Origin: Octopus vulgaris
Lineage: Eukaryota
DNA length: 64,000 nt
NCBI GenBank assembly: GCA_951406725.2
Contig: OX597831.1
Coordinates: 62,248,001 to 62,312,000, forward strand
Direction of reading: 5' to 3'
Both the position numbers and the translations under genes were made by a program. Below are positions 12,250-24,713 of the stretch, piece after piece (position 1 is the stretch's first letter; every line of letters starts with the position of its first letter). The notes beneath the pieces are model-generated. The model did not search any database, had not been told where the DNA came from, and was given only the letters and a program-made list of their open reading frames with translations.

Positions 12250-12300
12250 AGCTTCCTGAAGATTTCTCTTGAATGAAACAGTACTAGTCCTGTAGAAGCT
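12250..12300 (+). ncRNA. Type I hammerhead ribozyme
   Basis: AGCTTC-CTGAAGA-tTTCtcttGAAt-GAA-ACAG-tactagtc-CTGT-A-GAAGCT: 6-bp stem I, 4-bp stem III, GUA site, weak stem II. Confidence 0.75.
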
Positions 12301-12383
12301 CCTTCTATATAATAAATTAATTTTACTCTGCTATGTATTGAGTACCTTACTTACTGTGGTTAACCCCGAATCACCCCGGGACC

Positions 12384-12418
<35 letters not shown>

Positions 12419-12489
12419 TTATATAAACATATATATATAAACATTTATATATATATATGTAAACGTATATGTATGTGTGTTTAGATTGT

Positions 12490-13900
12490 TGTCAGAAATT
12501 ATTCCAAGGTCTCTGGTGTTTTTGTATTACACTAGGGAGCAGCCCGATGGAAGAGAATATGGTAATGTCAGAGTATTCTCTTTTGCAAAGTGGATCAAAT
12601 CAAACTTATCTTCTTTTAGAAGCATATTGTCTTTTTCCGTCCATTGGTCAACAAAAACAAATGCCGTTTATGGGTTTCTGGAGTTTGGAATCATCTGCAA
12701 AGATTTTCAATGTAGAATGTTTGATGACATCTACAATGTCATTGATATAGATAATGAAGAAGATTGGGCCCAACACAGAGCCTTGTGGAGCACCACTACT
12801 GACTCTGGCTGAGCTTGATTGTTTTTCCTCAAAAACAAAACATGCTGGGTTCTGTTCGTCAAGAAACACTTTATCCATTTCTGCAGCTTTCTACGGACTC
12901 CAATATGGGACAGTTTCTTCAGCAGGCTTTTGTGGTCCACTGTGTCAAATGCCTTCCTGAAATCAAGTTATATGCCGTCAGTGTTGGAGCCTTCTTGCAA
13001 TGCTTTTAAGATGTATCAAAATGACGCAGAAGCTGCGACAGGCAATCCCTGCCATCACGGAAACCATGCTGGTTGGGGTTCAGCAGATTGTTGTCTTCGA
13101 GGAAGTGTGTTATTCGCAATCTCACCACCCTTTCAAATACTTTAACGATATGAGGGGTGAGTGAAATCGGACGGTAGTTCACTGCAAGAGATTTGTTTCA
13201 TTTTTGAAAACTGGAACGACAGACCGGGAAACAAAATGATCAGGAATGTAGCCTGCATCAAGTGACATTCTCCAGAGCTCAGCGATAGGGGGTGCAATTT
13301 AATGTCGACACGTCTTCAGGAGAGAGGCCGGGAACTTATCGGGACCTACTGCCGAGATCTACTGGATCTTATCTATTTCTGCTAGGATATCAGAGGCACC
13401 AACATTTGTCAGATATAATTAGTTGAGGTTTTACATCACTGATACTAGCCAGATCAACCGCATGAATGTTACAGAAAACAGTGCAGTATTGTCTGTCTAG
13501 TATCTCGCACATAGATTTTGCCTCATCATGTAGAGTGTTGTACTCATCAACCAGAGGACCAACAGTGGAAACGGCGTCTTTATTATTTTTTTTTTTTTTG
13601 CAAATGAAAAGAGCACTTTGGGATTGAGTTTTATATTCTCATTGGCCCAACTCTCCTCATCTGCTGTGACAGTCGCATGGGGGCGTTGCTGCCGGGAGTA
13701 TTTAAGTTGGTTGATTTTCTTGCTAATTCTTTTTATTTTTCTGATAATTGCTCTTGTATTTCTAGGGATTTTGCATTTAAAATTGTATACTGATCTTAAT
13801 GGAGTTTGTTTTGCGATGTATGTGTTACAGCATCTGCAAATGTATGCCACGATGTGTTTATGTTGGTGGTGGTGGTGTGTGCGTGCGTGAAGGCTCAATC
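12490..13900 (-). mobile_element. Degenerate CR1-like LINE RT region
   Basis: Minus-strand fragments DHKSLLKKL...WIKCFLTNRTQ and SGAPQGSVLGPIFFIIYINDI...KIFADDSKL, with frameshifts. Confidence 0.85.
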
Positions 13901-15032
13901 AACTTGTGAAAGATCACGATTAATCACGTCCCAGTCTGCAAGAGCTACCTTACACAGCTCTTGTAGCATCAGGACTGGGTGCTAAAGCAGCCGCTTAACA
14001 ATTCAAACATGGACGTGATATACCTCGTTTTTGAAAAAGTATTTGACCATGGCATGATGTTTCCGAAATCTTAGCATATTTGAAAAACTTGAGGAATGGT
14101 TACATAACTTTCTAAAACATAGAAGTCAATTAGTGGTGCTTAATGGGTCCATCTCCTATAAAACACAAATAACGGGTGGTGTGGATAGGGCACTGTCCTG
14201 GGGCCACTACTTATTATAGTGGCCTTCTCTGACATACCCTCAGATGCTCAAGTAGCTAACCTTGCTAGCTATGCAAATGATACGAAAGTCTCTCATAGGA
14301 TGCAGAACCCTGGAGAGGTTGTGCATCGGCAACGAGAGTTGGACGCAATATACAGGTGGACTGAGTAAATTAACATAAATTATAACGCTGGAAAATTCCA
14401 AGACCTGCGCTAATTACACAGGAAGCTCAATGAAAAGCAAGTAGGAAACACTGGAACACGAGGATTCTAATCCCTGTATTAAAATCATTGCGTGACGTGG
14501 GCGTTGACATGAATAATGATGCATCTTTCCAGAAGCGCGTTTCTAAGCTGGCAATAAAATGGGCGGGTGGATCCTTCGAACTTCCATAACAAGAGAAAAG
14601 GAAACCATAGTGGTTTTCTGAAGGATTTTCGTTCTCAGCCGTCAGGATTAGCTCTCCCAACTGTGGTCACCAAACAGTGTAAAATTAACGAGTGAACTCT
14701 TGACGAAGCAGCGAGGCTACACAAAGAGAATCGATACAATGCGAGATATCAGCTACTGTGCGAGAATGAAAGGGTTAAGACTCTACTCTCTGGAAGGAAA
14801 GTGGAACAGATATAAATCTACAAAATCCTCGAAAAGATTGTTCTAATCTTTGGGATAGTCACTTACAGAAGCAGCAGGACGGAGTGCTACTGCATGTTAC
14901 CAAAGGTGTGAAAATTGCCGTCAGAATACAGGACCAGATACTGCAACAGCTTGTGCTTCAAATATCCTCTCACAAAGCTTGAGAGGCCTGCATGGCATGA
15001 ATGTATGCTATTTGAAAACAAAACTAGATCGC

Positions 15033-15227
15033 ACAGTTCTATATTTAAGAGATGAGGAATTATGTACGTTATTTATATTATCTATATTACTTACATTTCA
15101 CGAATATTTGTCCTCATCTTGTTCGAAATTTCCCCAAGACACCTGAGGATGGCTGGAAGGTATATCAGCCGAAACGTTGTGGGGACAAATATCCGTCAAA
15201 TGTAAATAATGTAAATAATGTAAATAT
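15033..15227. mobile_element. 195-bp inverted mini-PLE with HHR and 13-bp TSD
   Basis: TSD aaaactagatcgc at 15020-15032 and 15228-15240. The left part has the same orientation as 20121-20200; the right part is the opposite strand of 20160-20272. Confidence 0.85.
15140..15181 (+). ncRNA. Minimal type I hammerhead (dimer-type stem III)
   Basis: CAC-CTGAGGA-T-GGCTG-gaaggtatat-CAGCC-GAA-AC|GT-T-GTG; palindromic AACGTT. Confidence 0.7.
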
Positions 15228-15564
15228 AAAACTAGATCGCCTTCTGTTAAGAGTTCCGGATGAACCTACCTCTAGGCAAGAAACACAGATGAAGGCAGCA
15301 ACGTCGAACGCCCTCATTCACCAACTGTCACATACAAGAAGAGGTTTAATGTAAATGTAGCATATTAAACAGTGGTGCCCCAGCATGGCCGCAGTCCTTG
15401 GACTAAAACTAAAAATAAGAGAATAAGTAAACGTGATACACACACATATATAATGCAAAATAACTTGCATTATTTTGTGTTTAAAAAACAGTTGGAACAT
15501 ATATATATAAATACATATATATATATATATGTATTTATACATGCATATATAAGTATATGTGTGC

Positions 15565-15640
<76 letters not shown>

Positions 15641-16877
15641 CATGTGTACATATGCACATACATACATAAGAATACGGAAAAATAATTATTTACGGTTTTC
15701 CTCATTGAAAATAGCTAAGAATCTTTAGCAATAATTTCCACAAATACAAAACAAAAATGGTTCCCAAATATTTAGGGAAAAAGAAATGATTGTGGACCTT
15801 TTTACTGTAAACGCTTAATATATAATAAAGCCTAGTAAAATAAAGACAGTAATAAAAGAAGATGACGAAAGACACGATAGGAAAACCTTTTAGTAAATGC
15901 TTAAACATAAATTTGATGTCAAATCATAAGTGCTTCTGCCAAAATTCATATTTCTGCCAAATCGTATTTCCTCAATAAACATACGTGTGTTTCCAACTGC
16001 TTTCAGTTAATAAATACAAGGCCGGATATTTTATGTATCTAACATATTTTACTTCTGTGATAAATCTTTCTTCGTAAAATTTTGATGTCAGCATTAAGTC
16101 ATGCGTTATAATCATATTTTATATTTTCTGAAACATAAATTTATCAAAAACTCAACAAGCAAATGCGTTTTGTTCTCCGCAGTAACAAGAAGTTGTGACT
16201 AAAATGTCTTTAAACATTTTGTCGTTTTAATAATAACGTACGATATAATTTAATCATGGATATATTATGGAGAGGAAATTTTGAAATGTCACAACTAATG
16301 CGGTTGTCGAAAGATGAAATGTTTGCATACATATTATTGACAAATTACTTTTAGCTTACACCTATACATTCGTAGCCGAATTGCTCAATACTCTTTGCTC
16401 AATTTTGACTTGGCTCGGCCGAGACAACCTAGATTTTAACAATTCCACATGTTTCCAACCATGATCTGTATACTACATAAACAATAATTACCTTATCATA
16501 AGACAATGAAAGAACTTTACGTTGTAATGTACATCAAATATTATGTCCCCTAGATATACTGTAATATATTTTGTAAAATAAAATATCACGGGAAAAAAGA
16601 CTTCCATCATAGAATTATTCGGTCAGAGTAACACATTTTGCTTAAAATTTTAAAACAAGCAATAACATCAGGATTATTTAAAAATTAACATTCCTATAAA
16701 ATCATATTGTTCATCCATAACAGCTTGATTTCTACTCTGTCATCGCATTCATCAAAGGAGAGAAAACCCAAGGAATCAAGAAAACTGATCTTGGGGTGTG
16801 ATAATGTTATTGCTAATGAAAGCGATTGTGTTTTGAGTGAAAATGAAGAGCGAAATTATTTTTTGGTACTACATATA

Positions 16878-17283
16878 CATTCGGTCATCCCATAAATAAT
16901 GCGATTTTTTCACTTGCATGAACTACACATCGGAGTTCGACGGGATAAACTCCCTGTGTCAACTTGCTATAACAGCAGGTTGTAAATTTACATTGTACTT
17001 ATTTTTAGTGAAAGTTTGAATGAAAAGTGCAGTTCGATTTTAACACTTATTTTTCAAAGCTACAATGGAAGTGACAAAGGAGCATATTCTGCATATTTTG
17101 CTTTATGAGTTTAATAAAGGCAACAACGGAATGGAAAGTGCGAGAACTATTAATGCAGTATATGGGGATCGGACATTAAGCATAAGGTGGTTCCAGAAAT
17201 TCCGAGCCGGAAGCTACAGCCTAAGATCTGTAAAACACGATGAGGACGTCCTGTAAATCCTTGTGGAACAAAACCCCATTGTA
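16878..17283 (+). mobile_element. Mariner element 5' fragment (TIR region and N-terminal HTH of the transposase)
   Basis: MEVTKEHILHILLYEFNKG....ARTINAVYG......WFQKFRAG.YSL resembles the mariner transposase DNA-binding N-terminus. Confidence 0.8.
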
Positions 17284-17520
17284 TCTTGCCTTTAGGTTCT
17301 AATTGCTAATATGCCACCGTTTTTAATTTATTCTTTACATTTTTACCGTTTTGAAAATCATCACATGTTTTCTTATAAGACTCTGAGAGTTAGTTGTGTT
17401 CTTAGAAGACTGACATGTACCAAGCACATCTGTTAATTTTACCCTGTGGGCCGTAAGAGGTGTTAAGGCATATAATCTTCCTGTTTCTACAACCTTGGCT
17501 GTGTTAAGAGAAGTGAGTAG

Positions 17521-17528
17521 CCACTATA

Positions 17529-17612
<84 letters not shown>
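17521..17612. repeat. (ATCT)n tetranucleotide microsatellite
   Basis: Directly visible; similar (GATA)n tracts at 15603, 19290 and 43305. Confidence 0.95.
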
Positions 17613-18883
17613 GGGGTATTTTTCTGTTTGCGCGTCTGCCTGTTTATCTGTCTGCCTATCTGTCCCTCTGACTTTCTGTCAATCTGTCTGTCTCTTTATT
17701 TATCTCTCTATACTTTTCTACTTGTCTATATCTATGTTTCTGACTATATATGTATACCTGATGGATCTCAACTCATTGGCGAGTATGACCATCATTGAAA
17801 AATCATCATCCGTAGAAATATTAGCACGAATAAAAATTGCACAACTCTTTATAGATTCCCTCCATCCCATTCATATGATCCAGAATTAAGGAGATGCAAG
17901 GTTTTTATTGCCAATATGGATCGTAGTTTCAGGAATATGGGAGCACCATTATCTCAAGCGCATGGAAAAGATCCTCTAAACAACCAATGCTGGCCTTATT
18001 TCATAGTGGACATCTCTTCGAGGCATGCTCTAACGAAGGGTGAAGGATGACTCACTCAAAATAGTCTTCTATGAATCAAAACTGGCTGTTTGAGAATGTT
18101 TACGCTTTTAATCACACGTTAAGGCTCCAATCACTTCAGGCAGGGATTGACCAATTTCTTGCAGCTTCACATCACCGTCTGAATTGTGACTAAGACAATG
18201 TTTAAATTTGGAGGTGGGTGGATTCCTGTGTGCAGACGCAGTTCAAACGCATGCTGTTTCCCTTCCTGTTGCCAACATCTTTATAGTCTCCTTTGTAGCT
18301 ATTTATATCACGTCTTGTAAACAGTACCGTATTCACAAAGAATTGATTAGCAGTCATGAGACCGGTATTTTCATACCCTGTACCTATCATAGTACAAGTA
18401 ATTCTTTTCAATATTCAGGTGACTTCCAGCACCCCATGTTAGCTAAGGCTTCTTAACTATAACTTTAATATTAATTCACTCTAAGGCCATTCATTGTTCA
18501 CCAATAAATCATGATGTTCCTGAAAATGAATATGAGTCATGAATATCATCAAATACAGCTCTAGCACTCAGTATATATAGATGTTTTGGAGACATCTAGT
18601 TTACGTTTCAGGCTCACAGGATGAGAAGCCTAAATTAGATAAGCCAGTGCCAATGAATACAAACAGGGAGAAAATATGTATTATCTGGCATAGATAGATT
18701 AATGGTTTTAAAATATTTAGGGGAAATTCTCTCCTTTTTCAAACATCAGAAAGAAAATAATCTGAGATCGGATAAATAATGCTCTAATTGGCATATCACT
18801 CTAGTGTGTCACAACACATGGCATTGCGCATAGGGAACGTATGCGTATATGACTGTACAATATATATATATATATATAGAGAG

Positions 18884-18938
<55 letters not shown>

Positions 18939-18996
18939 TAAATAAGCATATATATACGTATATATGTATATGTTCATACACACAGCTTTGCATAGA

Positions 18997-19030
<34 letters not shown>

Positions 19031-19034
<4 letters not shown>

Positions 19035-19260
19035 TAAGCCAAACGGGAAAACAGAAAAAACAACAACACGTGGAACAATTACAGTATTATTATTATTAGG
19101 CGCTCAGGAAAATGGAAGAAGGAGGGTATGACGTTTCGATCGGAGCTCTTCGTCGGAAACATAGGAGAAAGAAAGATCCCGAGACGGGAGGACAGAGGAA
19201 AAAAAATTGCAGGTAGTCTTCACGAGGTCACATACTGAAAAGACGGAAGTGGTAACAAAA
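19031..19260 (-). mobile_element. Short HHR-bearing element in (TA)n, related to the 8.5/50.1 kb family
   Basis: Shares gtatta..gcgctcaggaa..acgtttcga..gctcttcg. The minus strand of 19126-19160 reads gttt-CCGACGA-A-GAGC..-GAAAC-GTC-atac (degenerate stems). Confidence 0.6.
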
Positions 19261-19288
19261 AAAAAAAAGAAAAAATATATATATATAT

Positions 19289-19364
<76 letters not shown>

Positions 19365-20120
19365 GACGATAGCTAAATAGATAAAAGGTGTCCATAAATT
19401 ATCTTTTCACCAGCAATTGATTAATCCTCTAGATGCGTTGCGTGCAACCAATGGAGCATTCGAGGACAGAAAAAATAAACGAAGAACAAAGAACGGAAGG
19501 ACGACAGTTTACAACCCAAGAGAAAGAAGCGTGAAGAACAATTTATAGTTTCAGGGACAGAAGCGTATTTCTTCTCAAAAATGAATTCCTTGGGATGAAC
19601 CTAATTTACACATGCACAGTGAATACAGGAACAGGTGTATTTATGTATATTGGAGCCAATGCTGATTCCTTCAAAAATCGATATTGCCACCATGCTGCGC
19701 CTTTCAAAAGCATCAATACGAAACATTGCTCCTCAATGGCCGACAAATTTCGAGACTAAAATGCCAAAGGGTGGAATACACAATAACTTAGTCTGTTATT
19801 TAGAATACGTATTCTTACGCGCGTAATTTTTGTTGTGAACAATCCCTATGCATTTTCTGTAGGTCTAAGAATTTGGCGAACGGGCACTCAGAGAGACTTA
19901 TGACGTACAGCCATGGACAGTAATACTCTTCTACGCAGTCTCATAAGAATAGTTTACATGTCTAAACTATTTGTAAACTCTTTACCTGTAACCAACATCA
20001 ATTATTTATATTTAACTACTTCAATCATTCTCTTTCTCTCACTCTCATACTCTTTCTCTCTCTTTATTTCTCTCACTCTCTCTTTCTCGCTTTTTCAGTA
20101 TGTATATATTGTTTTCTTTT

Positions 20121-20306
20121 CAGTTCTATATTTAAGAGATGAGGAATTATGTACATTATTTACATTATTTATATTTGACGGATATTTGTCCTCATCTTGT
20201 TTGTTTTTAACACAATGTTTTGGCTTATATACCCTCCAGCCTTCATCAGGTGTCTTGGGGAAATTTCGAACCAGGGTTCTCATTCCTAAGGTATTTTTCG
20301 ATGTTG

Positions 20307-20384
<78 letters not shown>

Positions 20385-20465
20385 TCACTGCTTGGAATCG
20401 AACTCGGAATCTTGGGGTTAGTGGCCCGCGCTATTAACTACTACGCCCTATGCCCGTGGGCATAT
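20121..20465 (-). mobile_element. Composite element: tRNA-like segment, (AAT)n, and PLE-like HHR tail
   Basis: Minus strand: GGCGTAGTAGTTAATAGCGC (A box/D arm), GTTCGATTCC (B box), (AAT)n, then GACAC-CTGATGA-A-GGCT..AGCC-aAAAC-aTT-GTGTT (20209-20254, two CpG-type changes). Confidence 0.75.
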
Positions 20466-22719
20466 GACGTAGTGATGCAGATATTGTAATGGTTCGAAAA
20501 TATAACTACAGCGCAAAGAAAGACATGTGTTATGTCATACACAAACTCTGTACACATGATATATCACACCCTCCTTGGGGCTAACATCTTATCTTTTATT
20601 GCATAAAACAGAATCAATGAACAGCCCCACAGATTTCTTTATAAAATAAAGCTACACAAAGAAAGAATGTTTCGGTCATTTTACTTTTTTTATATGACAT
20701 GGTATTATATAAAGTCGTAAATAGATGGAGACTATAATGCCGGACTAATTTATCTCTGCAGGGTTTATTTCCTTTTTGATTTCTAAACACAAGGCTCTTT
20801 TAGTTTAGATTCAAGATATTTTCTCCCTTCATTTTAAATCACTGAGTGACATGAAATAGGAGTTAAATACCTGGGATATTCATATCGCTGTGTTAACTTT
20901 TCATTTTTCCATGCATAATGTGAACATTTTGAAGTATATTTTAACTTACAGGAGATTAATTTCATAAATCTCAGTAACTCGCATCACAGCGCGATAGAGT
21001 GGATTAAATGCAAAGTGTGTACAGAAGAAAATCAATACAAAATTTGTAGAAAATGAAAGCAATATTTATATCTCTGTAAGTGGATATGCAGCAAATATTC
21101 CTATGGCTACTGCCTCATAATGCGCTTTAATTAAAATAGGTGGGAAGATAAAGGAGATGGGTTTTTACACAAGTAATTTAGAAGTAACATAACATATGGC
21201 TTGAAGGCATAGAACTTTAAAAAAAGATAGCCAGAGGAATTCTTCAACCGAAATGTTTTACGTATGCTGAAATCTTTTAATACGTAAGTAGAAAAATAGT
21301 AACGTCGAAAACAATATCAGTAATGGTTGCTACGCAAAATATGCAAACGCAACACTAAAATATTACCAAGAAACTAATGCAGTTAGCACTGTAAAAGTTT
21401 TGCTTCAAGAGTTATATTCAGAATTATTTAAGCAGTAACACATACGTTACTATTAGTATCTTGAATAGCATATCTCTACTAAATCACTTGCAGTTTGCTA
21501 ATTGCAATTAAAAATTCGGTTATTTTTTAACGGTGATTTTGTAAAGGAATTTATTGAAATTACTTTGACGTAATTTTAACATCTTTAGTATTTATAACTT
21601 AAAATATTCTGTGGAAATATTTTATTTTACCTCTGGCTAAAAGGCTTATTAATTTTGTCACAGATTTCTTTAATAAAAAATAAATAATGGCATTTAAGGT
21701 AAATATTCTATATCACACACATAACAAAGCATATTATATACGTTTTGCGATTTTTTAAATATCCGTTTCTGAGATAAATGTCTATAAAATGGAAGTAATA
21801 AACCATGTTTCCAAAAATATGTTATAGATATATAAATCAAAATAAATTTTAACATGCTTATATTGTTATACAGACTCCAAGCCTATTACAAAATATGTAG
21901 AACGGATACAACAATTATGAAAGTAGAAAAGCATGGAAGATCAACACAGTTTACTGCAATGGACCTATTTTTTAATTATCTCGAATTCCATGAGCAAAAT
22001 GTTGAGGGAGCAAGAGAGAGTATCGGTTTGTAAGAAAACTTTATGACATTTAAAAAAAATTTAAACCGGGGAAAGTCAGATATTTTTATATTAATGATTC
22101 CTATGAGGATGTCATAGAAGGAAACAAATTGCCGCAAGCGCCTCGGTTTCGCTGTTTTTTCTAGGCGCGTCTTCTACGCTTCAAACACCCGTACGTGTTT
22201 ACTATTGCTACATTCTGACTAAATCCTATCGATTCTGCTTTTATCAGCCTTTTCAAGTCGAAAAACCATTTATTGTTGAAAATTGCACCAGTTAAAACTC
22301 ACTTCACTAATTGTTTCTTCCTATCTTGACAAGAAGCTACAGCCGCAGCTTCCGGTAATTTGATGTTTGCCAATGAAACCTATTTAAGTCGACCGTACAT
22401 ATCATGTCTTCGACATATGTAGCCGATCGAAGATGAATACGACCCGTAGCCTTCGAGGGCGGATCAGAATGCTTGTGCATCCTAAATTATGGTCTCGTTG
22501 AGGGCCACTATTTCTATATGTGGTGACCATATTTCATTGATAAAGTGACTCGGTTTTCAAAGTGGCCATAAGCTACTTGCATTCAAGTGCTCTATTCTGG
22601 GTAAAGCTAGGTTTGTAAAGCTAAGATAGAAGAAACTGTGCAATAACACATTTTTCGTGTGGATGGACAAGTGCTTCCTCCCTCCAACGAGTTGTAGATT
22701 ATTCCACCGCCAGAAAATG

Positions 22720-22943
22720 TTACGGCAGAAATTGTATTCACCTAATTAAAAGTCATTGATTGGTTGAAATTGCCGAAATGCAAGAAATTAAACAACAAAT
22801 AGCTTACAAACTACAGAATTTTCTCTAGAAAGCCAAGAGTAAAAGGATGTTTTATGTAACAAACTACGAGTATACGAAGTTTAAAAGTGTTTAGTTACAA
22901 AGAAATTATTTTAAAAATCTGCTTGTCAAAGCGAAAAGATCCC
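22720..22943 (+). mobile_element. Partial diverged copy of the GGATC-TIR MITE (right end)
   Basis: gtcattgattggttgaaattg...gtatacgaagtttaaaag...gtcaaagcgaaaagatcc matches 29500-29693. Confidence 0.75.
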
Positions 22944-23197
22944 AAATTTCTTTTTTATCCGGAGCTTTCTGTCTGTAAATCCCTCCTCGATAACGTCTCT
23001 AACAGGTAATGGATTCATCGATCTTTAATCGTTTAAAATTACTATCACATATATCGATACTGCGAGGGTAAAAAGTGCTTTGGATATATCATGCTTCTAA
23101 CTAATTCAATTCATATCAATACCTATCCAAATACTTGACAAAACGTATCCCCCACACACTTATATATGCATATAATCTCTCTCTCTATATATATATT

Positions 23198-23520
23198 GTG
23201 AAGGCGCGTGGCTTAGTCGTTAGGGTATTCGGTTCACGACTGTAAGGTCGTGAGTTCAATTCCCGGCGACACGCTGTCTCCTTGAGCAAGATAGTTTATT
23301 TCACGTTGCTCCAGTGCACGCAGCTGGCAAAAACGAGTTGTACCTGTATTTCAAAGAGCCAACATTGTCACACTCTGTGTCGCGCTGAATCTCCCTGAGA
23401 ACTACGTTAGGGGCACACGTGTCTGTGGATTGCTCAGTCACTTCCACGTTAATTTCCCGAGCAAGCTTTTCCGTTGATCGTAACAGGCGGACCCTCGTCG
23501 TCGTAACCGACGGAGTGCTC
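23198..23520 (+). mobile_element. tRNA-derived SINE family B, full length
   Basis: TGGCTTAGTCG A-box-like, GTTCAATTCC B-box-like, tccttgagcaagat motif; homologous to 54042-54370. Confidence 0.9.
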
Positions 23521-23525
23521 CTATA

Positions 23526-23647
23526 TTTATATATTATATATAAAATTATATATAAATATATGCATATATATATACATATACATGTATGTATGTACATATA
23601 TATATATATGCATATATTTATATATAATTTTATATATAATATATAAA
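23526..23647. repeat. ~120-bp AT-rich palindrome
   Basis: tttatatattatatataaaattatatataaatatatgcat is followed by its reverse complement. Confidence 0.75.
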
Positions 23648-23682
23648 TATATACATGTATATGTATATATACATGCATATAT

Positions 23683-23950
23683 GGGTACAAGACATTTGAA
23701 CACAATGAGAAACGAAAACATAAAAACAAAAGCATAGAAACGACCTTTTTTTCGAACAACGAAAAAAACAAACAGAAGAAACGAGACATACAATATAAAG
23801 AATATTCGCCTTCTTCAGTTTTCCTTGTTTCAACTACTCCGCGTTTCGTGCATACGAAGCGCGGCGTAGTTGAAACAGTTGGTTTCTATGCTTTTGTTTT
23901 TATGTTTTCGTTTCTCAATGTGTTCAACGTTTTTTTTATGTCCTGTACCA
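23683..23950. mobile_element. Small double-hairpin foldback element
   Basis: 23696-23741 is inverted at 23882-23927, with an internal hairpin at 23826-23878. The minus strand has cgaaacgcg and ctgaagaagg, typical pLTR words, but no complete HHR. Confidence 0.6.
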
Positions 23951-24063
23951 ATATATGTAGGAATGTACATATATGTATGTATATATGAATATATTTATAT
24001 ATTATTAATGTTATTATATGATCGAACGCCACGCTTATTTTTCCAAGTATATATGTAAGACTG

Positions 24064-24120
<57 letters not shown>

Positions 24121-24149
24121 TGTCTTATTCGCAATATTATAACCAAACA

Positions 24150-24575
24150 TCACTAAAGTGACTACGGGCGCTAGTTAGCACCAGTACTGCTAGAAATAGA
24201 TGTTATAACAACTCATAGTTACTCAGAAGAGAGAACCTACCTTAATGACTGAAAAGGGGGGAGAGGTCCCAATATCATCCGGGAATATTCTTTATAATCT
24301 TCTGTTTTACTATTTATTAAATTAGCGTGTGTTTCTATGCTCATCTTATAAACTGACGAGGCAAGTTGAGTTTAGCCCTAGGCGCTGGGTGAGGGTCCCT
24401 GACAAGCATTAATAAAAATGCGCAACCATTGGTGATCTGGTTATGCCCGGATGTTGTTGGGAGTTTGCCTCCCTTGTCAGTCATTAATATGAGTGCCTTC
24501 TTGTGGCTATGAGTTGTTTTAACACTTACTTCTAGCAATACTGGTACTGACTAGCGCCCTTAGTCACGTTAGTTA
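24150..24575. mobile_element. Foldback element with ~130-bp imperfect inverted arms in (TA)n
   Basis: gtgactacgggcgctagttagcaccagtactgctagaa...catccggg pairs with cccggatg...ttctagcaatactggtactgactagcgcccttagtcac. Confidence 0.7.
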
Positions 24576-24613
24576 CATATATATTTATATATATGTATAT
24601 ATATATATATATG

Positions 24614-24658
<45 letters not shown>

Positions 24659-24667
24659 TTGTGCGTG

Positions 24668-24713
<46 letters not shown>

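Larger units (their letters stand above)
9522..12386. mobile_element. Non-coding 2.8 kb palindromic element with terminal HHRs (arms 9522-10903 and 10940-12317, extra tail 12318-12386)
   Basis: The arms are reverse complements differing mainly in microsatellite and A/T-run lengths. The centre is (TA)n, the flanks are (TA)n, and there is no real ORF. Confidence 0.85.
13930..15428 (+). mobile_element. Degenerate CR1-like LINE, RT to 3' end, interrupted at 15033-15227
   Basis: DVIYL, GTVLGPLL, YANDTK, KTKLDR|LLLRVPDEP..ATSNALIHQ; 3' tail ggtgccccagcatggccgcagtc..gactaaaac. Confidence 0.75.

Noticed and set aside
17830-18430. Possible Tc1-like transposase relic on the minus strand (DNGAP-like word)
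   Set aside because: Too decayed to support by eye.
19383-19900. TIR-like start aggtgtccataaattatctt and possible transposase remnant
   Set aside because: No partner TIR or convincing motif found.
20381-20452. Functional tRNA gene
   Set aside because: The acceptor stem does not pair well and it is embedded in a repeat; treated as tRNA-derived.
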